Source: an uncultured Anaerolineaceae bacterium
Lineage (GTDB): Bacteria; Chloroflexota; Anaerolineae; Anaerolineales; Anaerolineaceae
Reading direction: 5' to 3'
NCBI GenBank assembly: GCA_964532655.1
Contig: CAZHMZ010000003.1
Location: 8-64,007 of the forward strand
DNA length: 64,000 bases
Shown: one piece after another, positions 39,950 through 50,420 of the stretch
Layout: each line of letters begins with the position of its first letter
How positions within the stretch are numbered: position 1 is the stretch's first letter
The notes under the pieces: generated by a model
What the model saw: only the letters and a program-made list of their open reading frames with translations
Database searches by the model: none
Told to the model about the DNA's origin: nothing
Program-made: the position numbers and the translations under genes

Positions 39950-40897
39950 CTAAAAAATTTCAGATAGATCGATATGCAATTCATTTTTAATAAAACTGAG
40001 TGGCATTTCCATTCGGCAGGTCATGGCAGGGTCTACCATCTGACAGATACGAATATCCCCAACAAGGCTGACCAGGATACCCATATCCACAATTGACTCA
40101 CCGGTCAATTCTGAAAGAAACATCACCATTTTTTCGACAGCCATCTTCGCAGCCAGATCAAGTGATTCTGCGGTCGCAATGACTGAAATACTTTGGGGAG
40201 TGATCAGAAATGGAAGAGGGAGTTTTTTCTCTCGTAAAAGAGTGATTTTCACCCGAACTTTTCCGCCTGTTTCAATCCCAGAACAACCCACTTCACCATC
40301 CCCCTGGGCCGAATGGAGGTCGCCCAGTGCCAGATTGCCGCCATCAATATAAACAGGCAGGAACAGTATTGAACCTTCTTTGATTTCTTTACAATCCAGG
40401 TTTCCTCCATGATCACCCGGCCAGCCTGCATTGATTTTTTGCTCCGGTGCTGTACCAATACATCCGATCATTGGATTGATGGGATATTTATACTTCTCTT
40501 CGTATACAAAATAATTTTCCACAACCGGAATAATGCGGCTTTCTGCTCCGGTTACGATGTCTCGGATGGCACCTTTTCCTTTTGCAGCCATAGCCCATCC
40601 CTGTTCATCGACTTTTAATTCGAGAATTTCAATCTTCAATATGTCCCCCTTGCGCGCACCTTTTACTGCGATGGGGCCGCCTAGGGCCATACCTGGTGAG
40701 TAATTCCCAAATGCTTCCCTGAATTTATCTGCTTGAGTTGCTACTCTCCTGTTTACATGGCCTCTCGAACTGCATAGGACATCTACGTCAACTATGTCTC
40801 CAGAATTTATCTCGAGAAGAGATTTTTTTTCTGGATCAAATTCAATTACATATTGATCTCTAGTGATGCTATAAATTTCTGGATTTTTGGTTTGCAT
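39950..40897 (-). CDS. Acetamidase/formamidase-family amidase (FmdA_AmdA)
   Basis: 315 aa with blocks GGPIAVKGARKGD, GGNLDCKEI and LGDLHSAQGDGEV, which I recognise as characteristic of this family. Confidence 0.75.
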   Translation of the reverse strand: MQTKNPEIYSITRDQYVIEFDPEKKSLLEINSGDIVDVDVLCSSRGHVNRRVATQADKFREAFGNYSPGMALGGPIAVKGARKGDILKIEILELKVDEQGWAMAAKGKGAIRDIVTGAESRIIPVVENYFVYEEKYKYPINPMIGCIGTAPEQKINAGWPGDHGGNLDCKEIKEGSILFLPVYIDGGNLALGDLHSAQGDGEVGCSGIETGGKVRVKITLLREKKLPLPFLITPQSISVIATAESLDLAAKMAVEKMVMFLSELTGESIVDMGILVSLVGDIRICQMVDPAMTCRMEMPLSFIKNELHIDLSEIF

Positions 40898-40923
40898 ACG
40901 AAGCCTTTAAACTTTCCTCATTT

Positions 40924-42171
40924 TTAATGGAAAGACAATTCTCTCTCGACAGCTTTCTCTACAACAATATCGCCATTAAGCACTACTGTTGAAATCTGAT
41001 TTACATTTGAAATATCGACCAGTGGATCTTGATCAAGGTAAATAAAATCCGCTGCATAACCGGGCTTTATGAGGCCAATTGTTGAACCCTGTCCGATTCC
41101 CGCAGCAGCTAGGCTCGTTGAGGCATTGATCGTTTCGAGTACTGATAACCCTGCATCATTGAATAATTTGAGCCCGATTGAATAATCACCAAATTGACTG
41201 GTTGCATCAGTACCGGCAATTATTTTTGCCCCCATTTTATGTAATTCACTCACGCAAAATAGTTTGGCCTCAAGTTTGTAGGATAATTCATCGAGTAGGT
41301 GTTTTTCAGTTTCCGATAAATATCCAATTCTTGACCTTAATTCTTCCAATTTACGATAACCAGTTTGTATGGTAGGGCAGACAAATAATTGATTTTTTAT
41401 AATCTGCTCGGCTACTTTATAATCGAACTCTCGTTTCCCATCTGGTTTTAGAAAGTTGATATGATCAATGACGTCCACTTTCGCCAGGGCAGCACGGCGA
41501 ATGCTTTCTGTGCAGAGACAATGAGCCTCGGTGGTTTTTCCTTGTGTATGAGCTTCATTAACAATTGCTATCATTTCATCAACCGAAAAGGTCGGTCGGA
41601 GCATATCAGAATTGGGTGTTCCACCTCCACCGCTTGCCATAATCTTGATAAAATCCGCGCCTTCTTTAATCAGCTTCCTGACTGATTTGACAACTTCGTC
41701 ATTTCCATCGGATTCTTCACCGCAAAAATAAAAATGCCCCCCAGTCATGGTAATGGGCCGTCCACAGACGTGAATCTTCGGCGAAAGATAAATAGCATGC
41801 TCTATGGCTTCTTTTATCGCAAAGCCAATTCCGGCAACAGAACCACTATCCCGAACAAATGTAACTCCAGAACGCAAGTGTTGATAGGCATTCCTGAAGA
41901 ATCGGATAAGGATTTCACCTGTTGAGTCATTGTTGATGACACCCAGATAATCACCGGATCCAGAACCAAACATTAGATGAGTATGGACATCGATCATTCC
42001 CGGGATGACCACACTCCCTGGTTTAGAGTAAACTCGATCGGTATCCAGTGAATAATCAGACTCACAGATATCAACGATTTTCTGGTTTTCCACAACAATA
42101 TCAATATCTTTTCTGGGCAACTGACCACTGCCATCGATCAATTTCTCGGTCCTGAAGATTTTTACTGTCAT
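40924..42171 (-). CDS. Amidohydrolase-superfamily metallohydrolase, paralogue of 38648-39925
   Basis: 415 aa with DVHTHL, FIKIMASGG, EAHC and AGTDA. It aligns by eye over its full length with the other copy. Confidence 0.85.
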   Translation of the reverse strand: MTVKIFRTEKLIDGSGQLPRKDIDIVVENQKIVDICESDYSLDTDRVYSKPGSVVIPGMIDVHTHLMFGSGSGDYLGVINNDSTGEILIRFFRNAYQHLRSGVTFVRDSGSVAGIGFAIKEAIEHAIYLSPKIHVCGRPITMTGGHFYFCGEESDGNDEVVKSVRKLIKEGADFIKIMASGGGGTPNSDMLRPTFSVDEMIAIVNEAHTQGKTTEAHCLCTESIRRAALAKVDVIDHINFLKPDGKREFDYKVAEQIIKNQLFVCPTIQTGYRKLEELRSRIGYLSETEKHLLDELSYKLEAKLFCVSELHKMGAKIIAGTDATSQFGDYSIGLKLFNDAGLSVLETINASTSLAAAGIGQGSTIGLIKPGYAADFIYLDQDPLVDISNVNQISTVVLNGDIVVEKAVERELSFH

Positions 42172-42187
42172 GAATTCATACTCACTT

Positions 42188-42225
42188 TGGAGATTACCTT
42201 ACGAAAAACTGTAAGGTAATCTCCA
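42188..42225 (-). promoter_or_regulatory. 15-bp perfect stem-loop directly after an SBP gene
   Basis: TGGAGATTACCTTAC-gaaaaact-GTAAGGTAATCTCCA, 19 nt past the SBP stop (42244), with no U-tract. Confidence 0.65.
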
Positions 42226-42243
42226 CATAACATCTATACTAAA

Positions 42244-43962
42244 TTACTGTGCCCACACCCATTCTTGAGGGTTCCAGTAGAAGTTCGCAAACGGATGCAG
42301 AACAAAGTTCTGCAAATCGGCGGTTACTGCATAAACCTGAACATTTTTGAAAAGATGAATGGTGTATGCATCATCGTTGATGATAGACTGCACCTGGAAA
42401 AGCATCTCAGTTCTCTTTTCTGAATCCAGTTCAACTGATTGTGCATTGAGCAATTCATCAACCTCGGAATTACAGTATCGATACCACTGTGCACCACTGG
42501 GGCGTTCGTCAGAGGCAACTTCACTGCATAAGAACCGGCTGGAAATTTCCGGATCAGGAACGCGGATACCGTGGCTCCAACCGCCCATTTCGTAATCACC
42601 AGTGGACCATGTTCCACCCTGATCATAAGTACCGAACAGATCTGTCGAAGGTTTGTTTTCGATAACCATTTCGACGCCGCATTCTTTGAACATCTGTTGC
42701 GCGATCAGTTGAATGTTTTCTCTCTGGAGATTCCCTGAGGTGGTTGCATGAGTAAAGCTTAATCTCTCTCCGTCTTTTTCCCGAATACCATCTCCGTCCT
42801 CATCTACCCACCCGGCATCTTCCAGGGTGCTTTTGCAATATTCGAGATCATATTCATAAGCAACCATTTCGGTGTTTTCCCAGGGTGTGTTATCCCACTC
42901 AGATGTTCCCGGTTCAGATAATCCGTAGAGAACTTCATCGATGATTTTCTCTTTATCCAGAGCGGCCTGAAGCGCTAAACGGATTTGCTTGTCCTGGAAT
43001 AACGGAGCATCAGGATTCATATGATAACGTTCTGTTCCTGAGCTGGGTGCGGTGATCAACTGGATGCCATCAGCTTCCATCACCTGAATTTGAGGAATAG
43101 ATGAGATCGGCATCGACCAGGCGATATCAATTTCTTTAGCCTGCAGAGCCTGCAACAGGGTATCCACACTGGGATAAGTCTTAATGATCAGACGTTTAAT
43201 ACTGGGGGCTCCTCTGAAGTAATCTTCAAATGCCTCATACTCGATATAATCACCGGTCGCCCATTCTACGATCTTATAGGGACCAAACCCGATCGGAGTT
43301 CGCATTGCTTCTGATTGATCGAGACCAGGGGTGTTTTCTTCGATGACATGTTGTGGAATGATGGCATCAAATAAAATCTGCCATGAAGCAAAGACCTCAG
43401 AGAAATTCATGATTACTGTGTAATCATCCGGTGTCTCCATACTGACGATTTTGTCATAACCGTAGCGAGTGATAGGTGTATTATCCGGGCTCATGATTGC
43501 TTCCCATGTTGCTTTCACATCTGAAGCAGTAACAGGTTTGCCATCATGCCAGGTGATACCTTCACGCAGATGGAAAGTGATTGTTTTTCCATCATTCGTA
43601 ATTCCACCATTATCGATGGTAGGAACTTCTTCGGCTAACTCACCAATCCAATTTGAGGTCTCATCCAGAAACAACAGACCTCTTTGAGCCAATTTTGCTG
43701 CCGAGATGCTGTTTCCACCCTGTGTATACAGGATATTCAGAAATTCAACTGCCTGGTGCATCCCAACAATTACGACATCGCCATGGCTGCTTTCAACTAC
43801 CTGCTCATTTGAAACCTCAGACTCGGTCTGACTGGTTTCCTGGACATTCGCAACTTCTGTTTCCTCTGTTTCCTGTGCAATCTCCCCGGTTGCAGGAGAA
43901 CAAGAAACAACCATCACCGCGATTACCAGGAAAGTAATCAACTTGCCAAAATACTTCATCAT
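42244..43962 (-). CDS. ABC transporter substrate-binding protein, family 5, probable lipoprotein (copy 2)
   Basis: The ORF track starts at GTG 44004. MMKYFGKLITFLVIAVMVVSCS at ATG 43962 follows AAGGAG and gives a signal peptide with a Cys. Confidence 0.9.
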   Translation of the reverse strand: MMKYFGKLITFLVIAVMVVSCSPATGEIAQETEETEVANVQETSQTESEVSNEQVVESSHGDVVIVGMHQAVEFLNILYTQGGNSISAAKLAQRGLLFLDETSNWIGELAEEVPTIDNGGITNDGKTITFHLREGITWHDGKPVTASDVKATWEAIMSPDNTPITRYGYDKIVSMETPDDYTVIMNFSEVFASWQILFDAIIPQHVIEENTPGLDQSEAMRTPIGFGPYKIVEWATGDYIEYEAFEDYFRGAPSIKRLIIKTYPSVDTLLQALQAKEIDIAWSMPISSIPQIQVMEADGIQLITAPSSGTERYHMNPDAPLFQDKQIRLALQAALDKEKIIDEVLYGLSEPGTSEWDNTPWENTEMVAYEYDLEYCKSTLEDAGWVDEDGDGIREKDGERLSFTHATTSGNLQRENIQLIAQQMFKECGVEMVIENKPSTDLFGTYDQGGTWSTGDYEMGGWSHGIRVPDPEISSRFLCSEVASDERPSGAQWYRYCNSEVDELLNAQSVELDSEKRTEMLFQVQSIINDDAYTIHLFKNVQVYAVTADLQNFVLHPFANFYWNPQEWVWAQ

Positions 43963-44156
43963 ATTTCTCCTTTGAATCAATATCTCATGCACAAAATCGT
44001 TCACTTTTCAAATCAACTAACTAAGGTCGTTTCACTTCTGTCTTACAAATCCATTTCGATAATTTTTCTCAAACCAACAATCGCAAGTATTTGTTTTTGA
44101 TTCAGAGATCTTTACCGAGATCCGTCCTCCTTTCAGTGATTTCAAAAAATAACGAC

Positions 44157-45107
44157 CTACCTTACAGAATATGGATCGAGGGCATCTCTCAGTCCATCTC
44201 CAATAAAGTTGATACACAACACCGTAATCAGGATCAATAAGCCCGGAAAAACGGCTATCCAGGGAGCTTCAATCAAGAAACTCTGAGCCCGATTAAGCAT
44301 ATTTCCCCATGTAGCTGTTGGCGGCTGAACACCAAGTCCAAGAAAGCTTAACTGTGCTTCATAGAGAATCGCCTGCCCAACACCCAAAGTTAAGGCAACA
44401 ACAATTGGCGCGATTGTATTTGGAATGATATGGGTGAAAAGAATCTCGCCCGCCGGAGTTCCAATAGATCTGGCAGCAAGCACAAAGTCCTGTTCTTTTA
44501 ACGATAAAACACTGGCACGAACAATTCGACTGACTCCCATCCATGCCAATGCACCAATCACAATGGTAATGATCCCAATACTTTGTCCAACCACTTTCGA
44601 TAAAATGATAAGGATAAATAATCTTGGAATGCTTAGCAATGCTTCAGTAAAACGCATTAAGATACTGTCAATCCAACCACCCTTATAACCGGAAAGCGCG
44701 CCGATTGTCACACCGATGAAAATACTGATGACTGCTGCCAGAATCCCAATCCTGAGTGAAACTCGCCCACCATAGATCGCACGCATGAACAGATCTCTAC
44801 CCAGGTCATCTGTCCCAAAGGGATGCTGCAGAGATGGGGCAGCTTTTAATGCCTTGAAATCTATGAAATTGGCTTCTTCTTCAGGAATAAACAACGGCAC
44901 CAAAAAACATATTGCGATCAGCAACAGCAATATGATGCTGCCACTCATTGCCAATTTATGACGTCTGAATCGACGTAGTATGAGATGAATCATTGATTCA
45001 GATTCACGCTCGATATCTCCAGAAGAAAGTAAATCTATAGCGGTATTCTCCGAATTTCCATTGATTTCATCTTGATTCAACTTACTGATACGACTGTCTT
45101 GTGCCAT
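44157..45107 (-). CDS. ABC transporter permease, DppC/OppC family
   Basis: 316 aa with FGTDDLGRDLFMRAIYGG and polytopic TM segments. Confidence 0.9.
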   Translation of the reverse strand: MAQDSRISKLNQDEINGNSENTAIDLLSSGDIERESESMIHLILRRFRRHKLAMSGSIILLLLIAICFLVPLFIPEEEANFIDFKALKAAPSLQHPFGTDDLGRDLFMRAIYGGRVSLRIGILAAVISIFIGVTIGALSGYKGGWIDSILMRFTEALLSIPRLFILIILSKVVGQSIGIITIVIGALAWMGVSRIVRASVLSLKEQDFVLAARSIGTPAGEILFTHIIPNTIAPIVVALTLGVGQAILYEAQLSFLGLGVQPPTATWGNMLNRAQSFLIEAPWIAVFPGLLILITVLCINFIGDGLRDALDPYSVR

Positions 45108-45118
45108 AATTCATCCTA

Positions 45119-46084
45119 TTATTGATATTTAATTCTTGGATCGACAACAGCATACAAAATATCGGAAATAATGGTAGAGAATACTGTGAGTACTGCTACA
45201 AACATGAGCAATGCCATGCATACAGGGATATCCGTTTTTTGAGCCGAAGTCCAAAATAACCGACCCATACCTGGCCAGGCAAAAATGGATTCGATGACGA
45301 TCGTTCCAGAGAGCAACCCGGGAATATCAATACCAATTATGGTAATCACCGGTAATAACACGTTTTTAAAGGCATGCCCTACCATGATGTTAGGTTCAGA
45401 TAAGCCTTTAGACCGTGCTGTTCTGATGTAGTCCTGAGAAATCTGATCAAGCATGGATGAACGAATATATCGAATGTATTTTCCGATCATCACAAAGGAT
45501 AGAGTTAATGTAGGCAAAATGGCATGCCAGATCAATTGTGAAAATGAGGGTCCGGCCCTGAAATCGAACATGCCTCCAACGGGCAGGTAAGGTAAACCTG
45601 CATTTTTGAAGCGGACCGAAAAAATCACAATCAGCATTAACCCCATCCAAAAACTCGGCATGGATATACCAATAAAACTGATAGCCGTCATCAGGTTATC
45701 AAATACCGAATATTGTTTCAGCGCTGTAAAGATACCGATGAATACTGAAATAGTCAGGGTCAAAACGTACGAGAACAACACAAGGACTAATGTATTGGGA
45801 ATGGTGTTGATGACCATATCCCTGACTGCTTCACGTGTGTAGTACGAATATCCCCAATCTCCTTTGAATAAGTTCTTTACCCAATTGAGATACTGGATGG
45901 GGACTGGCTTATCAAGGCCATATTGAGCTCTTAAGCGAGCGATATCATCTCCAGTTAATGAGGCATCAACTGTATAAGCTGCTAAAGGGTCACCTGTTGC
46001 CTGAATGATCATAAAACCAATCAGCGAAATTATCGCTAGTAACGGGATCACCTGAATCAAGCGTCGAACGATATATCTGGTCAA
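45119..46084 (-). CDS. ABC transporter permease, DppB/OppB family
   Basis: 321 aa, MTRYIVRRLIQVIP..., YIRTARSKGL. Confidence 0.9.
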   Translation of the reverse strand: MTRYIVRRLIQVIPLLAIISLIGFMIIQATGDPLAAYTVDASLTGDDIARLRAQYGLDKPVPIQYLNWVKNLFKGDWGYSYYTREAVRDMVINTIPNTLVLVLFSYVLTLTISVFIGIFTALKQYSVFDNLMTAISFIGISMPSFWMGLMLIVIFSVRFKNAGLPYLPVGGMFDFRAGPSFSQLIWHAILPTLTLSFVMIGKYIRYIRSSMLDQISQDYIRTARSKGLSEPNIMVGHAFKNVLLPVITIIGIDIPGLLSGTIVIESIFAWPGMGRLFWTSAQKTDIPVCMALLMFVAVLTVFSTIISDILYAVVDPRIKYQ

Positions 46085-46144
46085 ATTGCCCTCACTTAAG
46101 TAAAAATCGATTCAAGAAAGCATGTGTTTTTGCCGTATCTTGTA

Positions 46145-46194
46145 TTCCGAAGCTATTACATGCAGTGTTGGTTTTCAATGTAATAGCTTCGGAA
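46145..46194 (-). promoter_or_regulatory. 17-bp perfect stem-loop directly after an SBP gene
   Basis: TTCCGAAGCTATTACAT-16 nt-ATGTAATAGCTTCGGAA, 23 nt past the SBP stop (46217). Confidence 0.65.
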
Positions 46195-46216
46195 AATTTT
46201 CCCAACTAGCCTTGTA

Positions 46217-47956
46217 TTACCATTCCCATTCTTCAGGATTGAAATAGAAGTTTGCGTATGGGTGTAATACGAAGTTCTTTAAATCCGCATTTACTGCATA
46301 GTTGCTGTTACCCAGGAAAAGGTAGATGTGATATGCGTCCTCATGAAGGATCTCCTGGATCTCAAACAATATTTCTTTACGCTTTTCAGTATCCAGTTCC
46401 GAGGCCTGAGCATTCAGTAAAGCGTCGACTTCCGGATTACAATAGCGCATCCATTGAGAACCTGCGGGATTTTCCTCGGAAGCAATTTCGCTGCACAAGA
46501 ACCGATTAGAGATTTCAGGATCCGGTTTCCTTAATGAATGTGACCAACCACCCATCTGGTAATCGCCATGTGACCAAACCCCGTTTTGAGTCCAACCACC
46601 AAACAGCTCTGAGGATGGTTTCTGAGCCGGTACCATTTCAATGCCGCATTCTTTTAACATTTGCTGGACGATCAGTTGGGTATTTTCACGCTGCAGGTTT
46701 CCGGACCATGTTAAGTGTGTGAAGCTGAAACGCACACCATCTTTTACCCTGATCCCATCTTCGCCCATTACCCAACCTGCGGATTCCATTAATTCATTGC
46801 ATTTCGCAACATCATATTCATAGGGTTCAATATTTGTGTTTTCCCAGGCGGTTCCTCCCCACTCGCTATTGGTCACAGAACCATATCCGTAAAGCTGTTC
46901 ATCAATTAATGCCTGTCGATCAATTGCATGGTGGATAGCTCTTCGGACATTGACATCCTGGAACAGCGGTTCGCTCGGATTCATAATGTATCGATCTGAT
47001 CCGGACGTAATGGAAGACACCAGTACGACACCTTTATCTTCCATTGCCTGAACCTGTGGAATGTAGGTTACAGGAATTGACCAGGCGATATCAATTTCTT
47101 TCGCCTCAATTGCCTGCATTTGAGCATCCACACTTGGATACGTCTTGATAATCAGGTAATCAATTTTGGGGCGGCCGTTCCAGTAATTGTCAAATGCCTC
47201 ATATTTGATGTAATCGCCGGTGACCCATTCAACAAGTTTATAAGGGCCAAATCCGACCGGCACTCTCATTGCTTCACTTTTATCCAGGTTATCCTGGTTT
47301 TCCTCAATCACGTGCTTGGGGACAATTGCATCAAACAGAGTCTGCCACGACATAAATGGCTGATCGAAATTCAATACCACGGTATAGTCGTCAGGGGTAT
47401 CAATTGAGGTGATTTTGTCATAACCAAACCGGGTGATCACTGCATTTTTCGGATTCATGATCATTTCCCAGGTCGCTTTGACATCGGCTGAGGTTACCGG
47501 GGTATCATCGTGGAAGGTCATTCCCTCGCGTAAATGAAAAGTGATTGTCTTCCCATCCTGAGAAACCCCCCCGTTATCCAGACTGGGTACCTCTACTGCC
47601 AGTTCACCGATCCAGTTTGATTCTTCATCAAGAAACAGTAAGCCACGCTGCGCAAGTTTGGCCGCTGAAAGGGCATTACCACCCTGTGTGTAGATTACAT
47701 TCAGAAATTCAACGGCTTCACTCATACCAATAATTACAGTACTTGGCTCTTCATCAGGGGACTCAGTGACAACTGAGTCAGCATTTTCGGTTGCCTCTGG
47801 TTCACTCTGATCAACGGATTCAGTCACCTGGGCAGAATCTGCGACTGGCTGATCAGAAACATCGGTATTTGTTGGCGTGGCTGACGGAGCACAGGCTCCT
47901 GCCAAAATAGAAATGAACAACACACAACCCAGCAAAAAATAAAATCGTTTCATCAT
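46217..47956 (-). CDS. ABC transporter substrate-binding protein, family 5, probable lipoprotein (copy 1)
   Basis: MMKRFYFLLGCVLFISILAGAC at ATG 47956 follows GGGAGAAA. It is highly similar by eye to 42244-43962 (for example LSAAKLAQRGLLFLDE.SNWIGELA.EVP). Confidence 0.9.
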   Translation of the reverse strand: MMKRFYFLLGCVLFISILAGACAPSATPTNTDVSDQPVADSAQVTESVDQSEPEATENADSVVTESPDEEPSTVIIGMSEAVEFLNVIYTQGGNALSAAKLAQRGLLFLDEESNWIGELAVEVPSLDNGGVSQDGKTITFHLREGMTFHDDTPVTSADVKATWEMIMNPKNAVITRFGYDKITSIDTPDDYTVVLNFDQPFMSWQTLFDAIVPKHVIEENQDNLDKSEAMRVPVGFGPYKLVEWVTGDYIKYEAFDNYWNGRPKIDYLIIKTYPSVDAQMQAIEAKEIDIAWSIPVTYIPQVQAMEDKGVVLVSSITSGSDRYIMNPSEPLFQDVNVRRAIHHAIDRQALIDEQLYGYGSVTNSEWGGTAWENTNIEPYEYDVAKCNELMESAGWVMGEDGIRVKDGVRFSFTHLTWSGNLQRENTQLIVQQMLKECGIEMVPAQKPSSELFGGWTQNGVWSHGDYQMGGWSHSLRKPDPEISNRFLCSEIASEENPAGSQWMRYCNPEVDALLNAQASELDTEKRKEILFEIQEILHEDAYHIYLFLGNSNYAVNADLKNFVLHPYANFYFNPEEWEW

Positions 47957-48119
47957 TTTCTCCCATATTTCCAATTGCTTTCAGATCAAACCATTAACAG
48001 TACAAAAATTTTCCGGTTCACCTCCTGGTATGCAATAAATGCTTTGAGTAATTTGGTAGAACATATTTCATACGGAGTCTCGCGCCTGGTAAAGTGTTCT
48101 TTTTATCTCGAAAGCATTT

Positions 48120-49100
48120 CTATACTTGGTGGCATGCGCAATAATGGCCAGGCGCTACCTCTACCAGCTCTGGTTTTTCGTGGAAACAGCGATCGATTGC
48201 TCGATAACACCGAGGGCTGAAGTTACAGCCTTTCGGAGGATTTGCTGGAGATGGAACGTCACCCTCCAGAATAATCTGGGTTCGCTGTCTTTCAATTTTT
48301 GGATCAGGAATCGGAACAGCAGATAATAATGCAACCGTGTATGGATGGAGAGGTGTTTTGTATAACGAATTTCTATCTGTGATTTCTACGATTTTTCCAA
48401 GATACATTACTGCTATTCGATCAGATATGTGACGAACCATACTCAGGTCATGCGCAATAAAAAGGTACGTAAGGTTGAATTCCTGCTGAATATCTTCGAG
48501 CAAATTGACGACCTGAGCCTGGATCGATACGTCGAGGGCCGAAATTGGCTCATCACAAACAATGAATGAAGGATACAAAGCCAATGCTCTGGCGATACCA
48601 ACTCTCTGTCTTTGACCTCCAGAGAATTCAAAAGGATACCGGTTAATGAAACTGGGATTTAACCCAACCAATTTCATTAAATCCTTTACTTTCTCGGATC
48701 TTTCTTTTGCTTCACCAACATGGTGTACCCGTAAAGGTTCGCCGATGATAGAACCAATTGTCATGCGTGGATTCAGTGACGCATAAGGATCCTGAAAAAT
48801 CATTTGCATCTGTCTTCGAACAGGCCTGAGTTCTTCTTCTGTTAAAGTGGTAAGCTCCTGGTTTTTAAACTTTACACTTCCCGAAGTTGGATGATAAAGT
48901 TGCAGTATCGCCCTTCCCGTTGTTGATTTTCCACAGCCACTTTCTCCAACCAGACCCAGGGTTTCCCCTTTTTGAATATCTACAGTTATTCCATCGACTG
49001 CCTTGATGGAGCCAATCTGTTTTTGGATAATCACTCCACGGGTAATTGGAAAATGCATCACCAGATTATTGATTTGAACTAACGTTTCGTTATCACTCAT
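48120..49100 (-). CDS. ABC transporter ATP-binding protein, OppF/DppF type
   Basis: Walker [10 protein letters not shown], signature FSGGQRQR, Walker B FIVCDEP, and a C-terminal oligopeptide-ABC extension. Confidence 0.92.
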   Translation of the reverse strand: MSDNETLVQINNLVMHFPITRGVIIQKQIGSIKAVDGITVDIQKGETLGLVGESGCGKSTTGRAILQLYHPTSGSVKFKNQELTTLTEEELRPVRRQMQMIFQDPYASLNPRMTIGSIIGEPLRVHHVGEAKERSEKVKDLMKLVGLNPSFINRYPFEFSGGQRQRVGIARALALYPSFIVCDEPISALDVSIQAQVVNLLEDIQQEFNLTYLFIAHDLSMVRHISDRIAVMYLGKIVEITDRNSLYKTPLHPYTVALLSAVPIPDPKIERQRTQIILEGDVPSPANPPKGCNFSPRCYRAIDRCFHEKPELVEVAPGHYCACHQV

Positions 49101-49113
49101 TTAGCCCTCACTA

Positions 49114-50082
49114 TTAATCGATCGCCCAACAAGCAACCTCATGGTTTTCAGATACTCTCTCTAGTACTGGATTGCTTGACTGACATTTTTCCATCCGAGA
49201 TTCACAACGTTTATAAAATGGGCAACCAGCAGGGGGTTTTAACAGATCTGGAGGTGTACCTGGAATGGATTTCAGCCGTTTACGATTTTCGTCATCGACT
49301 CTTGGTAAAGAACCCAATAATCCTTTTGTGTATGGATGTTTCGGCTCATCATAGATATGATCAACCAAACCCTTTTCAACGATATATCCGCCATACATTA
49401 CATTTACTTTTTGAGCAAAACCTGCCACAACACCAAGATCATGAGTAATCCAAATGACAGACATTCCCAGGTTCTCACTTAACTTTTTTACCAATTGGAC
49501 GATCTGTGCCTGGATAGTAACGTCCAGAGCTGTGGTAGGTTCATCTGCGATTAATATTTCCGGATTGCAGGACAAGCCCATTGCAATCATCACGCGTTGG
49601 CGCATTCCTCCTGAAAATTGGAACGGGTAATCATTGATTCGATCTTTCGCTTTGGGAATTCCTACCATTTCAAGCAATTCGATTGCTCGATTGATCGCCA
49701 AACCTTGTGATAGACCTAAGTGCAGTTTAAGGGATTCTGTAATTTGGGTTTTTATCGTCAAAACCGGATTGAGGGAGGTCATTGGATCCTGGAAGATCAT
49801 CGAAATTTTATTTCCACGGATTTTCCGAATATCCTCTTTGGATATTTTTAGAATATCCTGGCCGTTATAAATGACCTCTCCTTCAGTAATTTTCCCGGGC
49901 GGTTCAGGTATGAGTCGTAAAATGGAAAGAACTCCGACGCTCTTTCCACAACCGCTTTCTCCTACGATCGCTAAAGTCTCACCTTGATCAAGGGTATAAG
50001 ATATCCCATTCACGGCATGTACAATTCCATCGTGAGTATGAAATTGTGTTTTCAGGTTTTTTACTTCAAGAAGATGAGCCAT
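49114..50082 (-). CDS. ABC transporter ATP-binding protein, OppD/DppD type
   Basis: Walker [10 protein letters not shown], signature FSGGMRQR, Walker [12 protein letters not shown]. The start [10 protein letters not shown] at ATG 50082 follows AGGAAG; the ORF track extends to 50106. Confidence 0.92.
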   Translation of the reverse strand: MAHLLEVKNLKTQFHTHDGIVHAVNGISYTLDQGETLAIVGESGCGKSVGVLSILRLIPEPPGKITEGEVIYNGQDILKISKEDIRKIRGNKISMIFQDPMTSLNPVLTIKTQITESLKLHLGLSQGLAINRAIELLEMVGIPKAKDRINDYPFQFSGGMRQRVMIAMGLSCNPEILIADEPTTALDVTIQAQIVQLVKKLSENLGMSVIWITHDLGVVAGFAQKVNVMYGGYIVEKGLVDHIYDEPKHPYTKGLLGSLPRVDDENRKRLKSIPGTPPDLLKPPAGCPFYKRCESRMEKCQSSNPVLERVSENHEVACWAID

Positions 50083-50177
50083 ATAACTTCCTATCCCATG
50101 CAACATAACTTACACGAATTGTTTACCAAAATTTCTAAATCACCTGTTTTGCTATTTTTAGAGGTATATTCTTCAAG

Positions 50178-50420
50178 TTACGCATATTCCGTATCTTTGA
50201 ATACCTCTCGGGCTACTTCACTCTTTTCGATAAAAATGGCCAGATCAGGGCAGCCGAATTCGCATAACCTGCATTGAATACAGTTTTCAGCCTGATATAC
50301 CTCTGCCGCTCTGTATCCGCGCACATTCATGTGTTCTGAAAGGCGCAATACATCTTTGGGGCAATAAAAGAGACACAATCCACAACCTTTACAAACCTGC
50401 TCATCGATATGGATCGCCAT
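50178..50420 (-). CDS. 2x[4Fe-4S] ferredoxin-type delta subunit of 2-oxoacid:ferredoxin oxidoreductase
   Basis: 80 aa with CKGCGLCLFYCP and CIQCRLCEFGCP. Its start codon abuts the sucD-like stop. Confidence 0.8.
   Translation of the reverse strand: MAIHIDEQVCKGCGLCLFYCPKDVLRLSEHMNVRGYRAAEVYQAENCIQCRLCEFGCPDLAIFIEKSEVAREVFKDTEYA

Noticed and set aside
44032-44217. 61-aa minus-strand ORF between the permease and second SBP genes
   Set aside because: It overlaps the permease 3' end out of frame and has no ribosome-binding site. The spacer is better explained as the SBP leader.
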